Shown here piece by piece: positions 58,241 to 64,000 of a DNA stretch of 64,000 nt. Position numbers and translations under genes: made by a program. Source of the stretch: an uncultured Methanosarcinales archaeon (GTDB taxonomy: Archaea > Nanobdellota > Nanobdellia > Woesearchaeales > CAZYIM01); assembly GCA_964647565.1 (NCBI GenBank), contig CAZYIM010000001.1:40328-104327 (forward strand), written 5' to 3'. Position 1 is the stretch's first letter. Each line of letters starts with the position of its first letter. Below the pieces are notes generated by a model that searched no databases, had not been told where the DNA came from, and saw only the letters and a list, made by a program, of their open reading frames with translations.

Positions 58241-58852
58241 CTAGAGATCTTGATAGTTATGTTTTTCTCTCAGCATATCGATAGCAGAATCAACATGTTC
58301 AACAATAGAATCGTATGTTTTCCTGGAAAGGCCGATATTTGGAAAACCGTAGATGTCCTTTATGACAGAACAATCAGGCTGTTCATGCTTTTTCATCCTC
58401 GAATACATGATCCAGAGCCACTTCACCTTTTTAGGATCATTGACTTTTATTATCTCCCGAATCTCTTCATAATCATGCGCCCCACCTTGATAGAACCTGT
58501 TCTCTAGTTGGGAGCAGATAGCATCCACAGCGCCTGCTTTCATGGCATCTGTATCTGCATGATCATTGGGCTTGTTGAACATCTGATGATGATACTGGTT
58601 AATCTGATGGCACTCGATGGAGGGAAGCACATATTTCTCAAAGAAATCATGATTATGGCTTCTGTACTGCATTGAAAGACCCTCTATTACAGGCCAGCTG
58701 AGCTTGCTGCCCTTGCCATCCAGATCATGAGGCCTCTGCGGATCACGGATACCGACATCCAGATGTTCGTAAAAGAACTCAACTCTGCATGAATGTTTAA
58801 TTGTCTGCAAAATCCAGCTCCTTACTTCGTTTGTGCTAGGCTTTATAACCAT
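58241..58852 (-). CDS. Hypothetical protein, HD-like His-rich (DUF5662-like)
   Basis: KH..RV, HD...SK, CH.INQYHH and VDA pattern; start placed at MVIKP. Confidence 0.55.
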   Translation of the reverse strand: MVIKPSTNEVRSWILQTIKHSCRVEFFYEHLDVGIRDPQRPHDLDGKGSKLSWPVIEGLSMQYRSHNHDFFEKYVLPSIECHQINQYHHQMFNKPNDHADTDAMKAGAVDAICSQLENRFYQGGAHDYEEIREIIKVNDPKKVKWLWIMYSRMKKHEQPDCSVIKDIYGFPNIGLSRKTYDSIVEHVDSAIDMLREKHNYQDL

Positions 58853-58938
58853 ATGGGAAGGGAATATGATCTTAATTAAAGGTTTTTCGAAAAAATTAAG
58901 ATAAATATATAAGTATAAACCCATTTCAATTTTCCAGT

Positions 58939-59325
58939 GTGTTAAAGACCAAATCAATATTGGTTGAGCCAGATGAAGGGGATGGCTTGAGGATATGTGT
59001 AATGCGGAGTCTTCAGGGACTGAATCGAGTCAGAAGAAAATATAATATCCATTATGATATGCATTTTAAATCGTTGGCACCATCAAAGGAATTGATGCAG
59101 CAATATGTTAAAGAAAAGAGCATTTCTTGGCAGGATTATGTTAATAGATACCATGCAGAAGTGCTTAAACTGCAGTTTGATCTGATACATCTGATATCAC
59201 ATATAGCTTTAGAAAAAGATATTACTCTACTATGTTCTGAACGTGAACCTAAATACTGCCATAGGAAATTGCTTGCTGAAGAATGCAAGATATACAGGCC
59301 TGACCTGGAGGTGATTGTAAAATGA
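58939..59325 (+). CDS. DUF488 (YeaO-like) family protein
   Basis: DGLRICVMR, LAPSKEL, ITLLCSE...CHR..L. Confidence 0.85.
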   Translation: MLKTKSILVEPDEGDGLRICVMRSLQGLNRVRRKYNIHYDMHFKSLAPSKELMQQYVKEKSISWQDYVNRYHAEVLKLQFDLIHLISHIALEKDITLLCSEREPKYCHRKLLAEECKIYRPDLEVIVK

Positions 59326-59972
59326 AACTTAAGAATGTAAATTTTGAAAACATGAGCGATCTCGGCTATGTACTGAGAAGACCGATGGATAACATCAAGT
59401 TCCCAGGGGCTAATGAAATGGTTAAGATCATGGAAAATGTTGAGCAGAAGATCACAGTGCATCTCTATTCTGTCTGGGGAGCGCGGAAAAGAAAGAGGCT
59501 TCAGGATTTTGACAACGACGTAAAGGCACAATTATACATAGCCATTGACAATGACCGGATCTATGCTGGCAGGGGAAGCGGTACTGGAAGCGGCACAAGA
59601 GAAGAACACAACCGCTTTATTGACGCTTTTCTTTCAAGGCCAGATTTACAGAAGGATGTTCCGACAGCAATTTTAATAACAGGCTGGGGGAAGCACCTTG
59701 GATATTATTTCTATGAGCATTATGCATACCAGGATAATGTAATTGGATTCAACTGGGATATCAACTCAGATATTTCGATAAGAGACGCCCTAAAAGAGGC
59801 CAACTTACCCCGTTCATACACAGACTATTCTATTAACAAGAGCATATTCCGTAACACAACCATCTTCTTTGAGAACAAGGGCGAGAAGGTATTGGTCTAT
59901 AAGGCGCTAAGAGAGGATATTGTGACTAGGAAGTTCGATAAGACCATAGCCAAGATGAGAGAGAATCCTTAA
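59322..59972 (+). CDS. Hypothetical protein
   Basis: 216-aa ORF translationally coupled to the DUF488 gene. Confidence 0.65.
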   Translation: MKLKNVNFENMSDLGYVLRRPMDNIKFPGANEMVKIMENVEQKITVHLYSVWGARKRKRLQDFDNDVKAQLYIAIDNDRIYAGRGSGTGSGTREEHNRFIDAFLSRPDLQKDVPTAILITGWGKHLGYYFYEHYAYQDNVIGFNWDINSDISIRDALKEANLPRSYTDYSINKSIFRNTTIFFENKGEKVLVYKALREDIVTRKFDKTIAKMRENP

Positions 59973-60043
59973 ACTAGTTAATTCTTTTGTAACAGCTTAA
60001 GCTGAAATCTGAAAAGGTTAGATTAGTTATTCTTTCTAAACAA

Positions 60044-60208
60044 GATGCAGAAAAATCCTACTCCGCTCAACTCGCTTTGCTCGTTGAACTACGCCGCACC
60101 AGTTGCGTTTACTTTGTAAACGACAATCCTAACGGCACTGAGAAATTACTTCGTAATTTCTGGTGTCTCGTTCGTATACTCGGAGACAGCAACGGCTTTT
60201 TCTGCATC
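60044..60208. ncRNA. Candidate structured RNA/ssDNA element, copy 2 (homologous to 14980-15097)
   Basis: Perfect 12-bp closing stem GATGCAGAAAAA/TTTTTCTGCATC. Core CTACTCCGCT...AACTACGCCGCACC...ACGGC...AGCAACGGC. Four internal hairpins. Confidence 0.65.
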
Positions 60209-60224
60209 AAGGAAGGTGATATAA

Positions 60225-60617
60225 ATGACAGTGGATCAATATGTAACCCAAGACTATCCAATTGAATGCAAAGGAAGGGATGCAAATATGCAGGAGGTGC
60301 TTGATGAGGCTTTAGAAGTTACAGTACATATACACAAGAGCCCTGGCAGCAGCATGATATCAAGCAATGTTGACTGTCCATATAATGTTGGCGGCCATGG
60401 AGACAGGTGCAAAGCCTCGCATCCAGATGTGCACAAGATAGGCCGAGGCGTTGGCTGCCCATACAGCTTTGACATCCCATATGCGCTCGAGTACTATCCT
60501 GAAGAAGAAATAAAAGAAAGAGAAACACTTAAGGCACTGCCATTTCCAGTTAAAACAGAGCTGATCAGATGCCTGCCCGATGCATGCCAGACTCGATATA
60601 GACTACTGACGGATTAG
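60225..60617 (+). CDS. Hypothetical Cys/His-containing protein
   Basis: AAGGTGAT RBS; CPY...GHGDRC..SH...GCPY. Confidence 0.6.
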   Translation: MTVDQYVTQDYPIECKGRDANMQEVLDEALEVTVHIHKSPGSSMISSNVDCPYNVGGHGDRCKASHPDVHKIGRGVGCPYSFDIPYALEYYPEEEIKERETLKALPFPVKTELIRCLPDACQTRYRLLTD

Positions 60618-60876
60618 CTACGATCTCTGGAAGCTTGTCATAGGATGTTTGGACAAAATAGAAATTATCTAAAGCAGTTGTCTGCCCGGGAAATTTAAGA
60701 TTATGCTTGCCAGGTTTTGCCTTGATGGACGCATTAAAATACATTCTTCTCACATCCACCTGCCCTATTTCCAGACCAACACCTTCGACCATTCCGTGGA
60801 AGGTATGGTTTATGTGAGCATCAACCTTATCACTTTCTAATGCTTCCAATACACTATCATTTATTATACTATCCAT
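60565..60876 (-). CDS. Hypothetical protein
   Basis: 103-aa ORF; its 3' end overlaps the convergent gene by 53 nt. Confidence 0.5.
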   Translation of the reverse strand: MDSIINDSVLEALESDKVDAHINHTFHGMVEGVGLEIGQVDVRRMYFNASIKAKPGKHNLKFPGQTTALDNFYFVQTSYDKLPEIVANPSVVYIESGMHRAGI

Positions 60877-60928
60877 ATTACCACCTGAAAAACTGAGAAA
60901 AAATAATTATATTTAAATCCTTTGGAAA

Positions 60929-61360
60929 TCAATAGTTTTTCTTAAGAAAAGTAGGAGATATTTGTTTCCTTTCAGATACTACCGGAATAATGCCATTTTT
61001 TTCAAAATCCTGCTTGATTGCAACAGTGATTAATGTTTTTTGCATTCTTTCGCCATAAACCAATCCGCAATTTATACCTACCTCAATTGGTTTATTGTCC
61101 TTATGGACACAGACAGTAGCTGTCGAATTTTGTAGATTAAGCCTTGTAGAATGATAGACAGTCATTTTTTCCCCATCAACAATATATGGCAAAGAAGTAT
61201 TTATGTGGCGAGGTGAAACAATCTCTGTGTGTTCCATACCTAAAGCATTTCTGACAGTGGCATCAATATCGTCTGGATCGCCGTCTGCCCATGCAATAAA
61301 TGCAGCTCTCATGCCGCCATTATCAAGCGGTTGGTAATGTACTAATTTTTCATCAATCAT
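60929..61360 (-). CDS. Hypothetical protein
   Basis: 143-aa ORF after a TTTATAAA box. Confidence 0.6.
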   Translation of the reverse strand: MIDEKLVHYQPLDNGGMRAAFIAWADGDPDDIDATVRNALGMEHTEIVSPRHINTSLPYIVDGEKMTVYHSTRLNLQNSTATVCVHKDNKPIEVGINCGLVYGERMQKTLITVAIKQDFEKNGIIPVVSERKQISPTFLKKNY

Positions 61361-61471
61361 ATGTACTAGAAAAAAATGTCTTTATAAAGTTTGCGATTTT
61401 TTACCACTCATCAATGATAATAATTTCTGTGAACGGATAAATATTAATAAATAAAGAAAAAAAAGAGAAAA

Positions 61472-62158
61472 TTAAATGAGACCAACATCAGACAGTTGTT
61501 TCCACTCAGGATCTTTCATTTCTTCTGGAAGGTTATTATAACCAAGTACACGCTTCTCGATGACCAGGTTCTTACCCGTCTGGTTCCATCGATCATACCC
61601 GCCAACAAGTTCGGTCAGCTTAGGTTCTAAAAGTACAGGCACGACATCATTGTAATCAGCACTATCAGACTTTCCAACACCCTGCGAATATGCTTGTGCA
61701 AGGGTTCCTACAACCCTATCAACAACTTCTGCAGGAAGTGCTTTATCTGCGTAAACATTGCATGATTTTTCCATAAAATATCTTGTACCATTTGGCGATT
61801 CCCTTTGACCACTCCATTCAGGTGCAAGAATGGTTATTTTTGCACCATATTCAGGCAGCTCAAATGAAACACTCTGAGACCAGATAGAACCATCTTCTGT
61901 TTTCACATTAAAAGAACTTACCTCAAGTGGTTTAAGCTCCCCTTTCTTAAAACCAAGGGTATCCCTGCTCGTTATTTGATTAACAACAGTCTGCAACAGA
62001 ATCCCTGCAACCTGACGAGTATTCATTATCACGTTCAAGTCATCTATGCTCTTAACATCTTCTTTCGAATATTGGATTGGAAAGTCTTCATTCAAAGGGA
62101 TTCTCATTTCAGGCAGATTCCTAAAATCTAATTTTTTTTTCATAAAGAGATTAACCAT
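61472..62158 (-). CDS. Hypothetical protein
   Basis: 228-aa ORF with GAGGTG RBS. Confidence 0.65.
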   Translation of the reverse strand: MVNLFMKKKLDFRNLPEMRIPLNEDFPIQYSKEDVKSIDDLNVIMNTRQVAGILLQTVVNQITSRDTLGFKKGELKPLEVSSFNVKTEDGSIWSQSVSFELPEYGAKITILAPEWSGQRESPNGTRYFMEKSCNVYADKALPAEVVDRVVGTLAQAYSQGVGKSDSADYNDVVPVLLEPKLTELVGGYDRWNQTGKNLVIEKRVLGYNNLPEEMKDPEWKQLSDVGLI

Positions 62159-62253
62159 TTTAAATTTTCACCTCAATTTTTAAACCTATTTATATCAATA
62201 TGTTATTTAATCTTTATAAAGTTTTCGGTTTTTTACCACTGGATAGTAGAAAC

Positions 62254-62919
62254 TTACTCGAACTCTATCGCACCCTTGAGAAAGACACCTTTGTCCAATC
62301 TAACAGGCCTCCATTTGTCAAGAATCAGCTTGGCATCAAGCCAGTCTGCGAGCTCCTGCGGATTGCCTATAGTGGCAGAAAGTGCAACCAGTTGAAGTTT
62401 GGGAAGCAACTGCCTCAATAATGTCATGACCACTTCCAGAGTAGGCCCTCTTCCATGATCGTTCAGCAAATGCACTTCATCGATAACAACCACTTTTAAG
62501 TTCTGGATCCATGCAGCCTTGTGTCTCATCAACGAATCCAGTTTCTCACTTGTTGCAATAATCAGGTCATAGTTCTTCAGGTATGAATCTGCGCTGTCAA
62601 TATCTCCAGAGCTGATAGCCACCTTGAAATCCTTGCCATATAATCTCTGGAATTCTTTGTACTTTTCAGATGCCAAAGCTCTCAATGGTACAACATAGAC
62701 TGCCTTGCCTTTATCGTGATAGATTGCATTAAGGATCGCTAGCTCTGCAACCAATGTCTTGCCTGATGCAGTCGGCGTGCAGACAACCAGGTTCTTGTCC
62801 TTGAATAATCCTGCATTAATGGATTTAGTCTGGCAAGGCCTCAGAGTCTTAAAGCCTCTCTTGGAAAGAACAGAGTATATCTTAGCAGGTATCTTTTTTT
62901 TATACTTTGAGAGCTGCAT
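62254..62919 (-). CDS. Stand-alone N-terminal RecA1 domain of a Hel308/Ski2-like DEVH helicase
   Basis: Q motif LRPCQ, TPTASGKT, PLRALASEK, TSEK, IDEVH, LSATIGN, WRPVRL, then a stop. Confidence 0.88.
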   Translation of the reverse strand: MQLSKYKKKIPAKIYSVLSKRGFKTLRPCQTKSINAGLFKDKNLVVCTPTASGKTLVAELAILNAIYHDKGKAVYVVPLRALASEKYKEFQRLYGKDFKVAISSGDIDSADSYLKNYDLIIATSEKLDSLMRHKAAWIQNLKVVVIDEVHLLNDHGRGPTLEVVMTLLRQLLPKLQLVALSATIGNPQELADWLDAKLILDKWRPVRLDKGVFLKGAIEFE

Positions 62920-63013
62920 AGATAATGAAAATCAATGTATGGTTTAAAATTTATTGGTTTTTAAGCGAAAAATTTATATTATATAAGTATATACCATAGT
63001 ATAAATATATAAA

Positions 63014-63283
63014 ATGCAAAAGCAAGTATTACATTATCCCAGATTGGACACAATCTTGAACGTGGAGAATGTTGTTAAACAGGCAAAAGAGCCTCTCTCA
63101 AAAAACGAGATAGATAGACGGCTAAAAAAGAAGATCATGCGACCAACCCTTAATCTTATTCTGAACTATCTGGAAGAGTCCGGAAAAATCGCCATACTCG
63201 AAGAAGGCATAATATGGATTTTCCGGGAAGACATCAGTAAGACACTTAAAGCCAAGCTTCGAAAAGGAGTTAATGTCCTTTAA
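63014..63283 (+). CDS. Winged-HTH antitoxin-like protein
   Basis: Short wHTH (LSKNEI...RPTLNLILNYLEESGKI) overlapping the downstream toxin-like gene. Confidence 0.65.
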   Translation: MQKQVLHYPRLDTILNVENVVKQAKEPLSKNEIDRRLKKKIMRPTLNLILNYLEESGKIAILEEGIIWIFREDISKTLKAKLRKGVNVL

Positions 63284-63653
63284 GACCAAAAAAGAAGTTT
63301 TTGTCCGATTTGATGAAGAAGCCTATAATGAGTATAAAAAACTCAAGGAGGCAGTTTCAAGGGGAGAAAAGTCTAGGCAAGAGCCAACATATGAACAGCT
63401 TCTTAATTCAATTAACAAGGCAATAATAAACCTTAAGATTAATCCCCATTCAGGGGATTTGATACCAAGAAAATATATACCCAAAAGAACTGTGAAAATA
63501 TATGGAACCGATAAAATATTCAAGGTTAACCTTGTCGGTTATTGGAGGTTATTATACACTCTCATCGGTTCAGAATTAAGGATAATTGCATTTATTCTCG
63601 AATATATGGATCATTCTAAATATAATAAATTGTTTGGTTATAAGAAAAAGTAA
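63273..63653 (+). CDS. RelE/ParE-superfamily toxin-like protein
   Basis: L..NPHSGD.I, KVNL.GYWRLLYT...IAFILE.M.H..Y. Confidence 0.7.
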   Translation: MSFKTKKEVFVRFDEEAYNEYKKLKEAVSRGEKSRQEPTYEQLLNSINKAIINLKINPHSGDLIPRKYIPKRTVKIYGTDKIFKVNLVGYWRLLYTLIGSELRIIAFILEYMDHSKYNKLFGYKKK

Positions 63654-64000
63654 TCATTTCCTGTTCAAGATTATTATATTACCCTTGCCTTTCTTAATCT
63701 TATGGAGATAGTTCTTGTCCTCTAGATCTGCAATGATCAGGCTGATCTTGGCTTCTGATTGTGGGAAGTTTTTTCTTATCTCTTTTTGTGTTGTCCGGCC
63801 GCCCTCTTTCTTGATGTACATCAATACCTTCTGGCTTTCCTCGTCTAACTGCCAGAACTTGTTTATCCTTTTCCTTTGCTTCTTGATTAGGACAATCAGG
63901 ATAATAATGCCTATGATCAGGGCTGCAAGCACTATGCCTAATACAGTAAAGTTAAAGCCCTTCTCAGAATATGTCACATCAGGGATGACAACATCCTCAT
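63654..64000 (-). CDS. Membrane-anchored protein with C-terminal winged HTH, 5' part outside the window
   Basis: Frame stays open to the window edge; TM segment then EGGRTTQKEIRK...EAKISLIIADLEDK...KGKGN. Confidence 0.75.
   Translation of the reverse strand, partial: EDVVIPDVTYSEKGFNFTVLGIVLAALIIGIIILIVLIKKQRKRINKFWQLDEESQKVLMYIKKEGGRTTQKEIRKNFPQSEAKISLIIADLEDKNYLHKIKKGKGNIIILNRK

Noticed and set aside
60565-60617. 53-nt convergent overlap as an antisense regulatory system
   Set aside because: Both genes are hypothetical, and 3' overlaps are common in compact genomes.
62160-62253. Frameshifted continuation of the Hel308-like gene
   Set aside because: The downstream sequence is an AT-rich promoter and the RBS of the next gene; no helicase motif IV-VI in any frame.
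62990-63003. TATAC-N4-GTATA palindrome as the toxin-antitoxin operator
   Set aside because: Only 5-bp arms in very AT-rich DNA; plausible but not distinguishable from chance.

Overview
A gene-dense, AT-rich window that looks archaeal, most likely DPANN (Woesearchaeota/Pacearchaeota-like). This is inferred from TTTAAATA/TTTATA TATA-like boxes, GAGGTGA-type ribosome-binding sites, an archaeal TctA-family permease, TreT, a Hel308/Ski2-type helicase domain and an archaeal-type Fic protein. I saw no rRNA, tRNA, CRISPR array, integrase, transposase or reverse transcriptase. About 75 CDS are present: housekeeping and salvage genes (dus, thiI, nadA, purN-like, two PfkB kinases, dCMP deaminase, nucleoside phosphorylase, HD and HAD hydrolases), a ~15-kb metal/redox island at 23.7-38.6 kb (PadR, arsM, copZ, copA, DsbA, hemerythrin, ferritin, rubrerythrin, glutaredoxin, thioredoxin reductase, desulfoferrodoxin) and a type II toxin-antitoxin pair. 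Five items stand out. (1) A tandem array of seven divergent paralogous unknown genes (52870-56429), all ending in IPTIE(EI), with a conserved 14-nt DNA motif at their junctions. (2) Two copies of an intergenic structured element (14980-15097 and 60044-60208) with conserved core motifs and fully covarying stems. (3) A circularly permuted deoxyribose-phosphate aldolase. (4) A UPRTase-like protein with a ~215-aa insertion, paired with a minimal nucleotidyltransferase. (5) An RQC-UvrD-HRDC chimeric helicase and a histidine kinase with a degenerate ATP-binding domain. All family assignments come from motif recognition by eye, not database searches.
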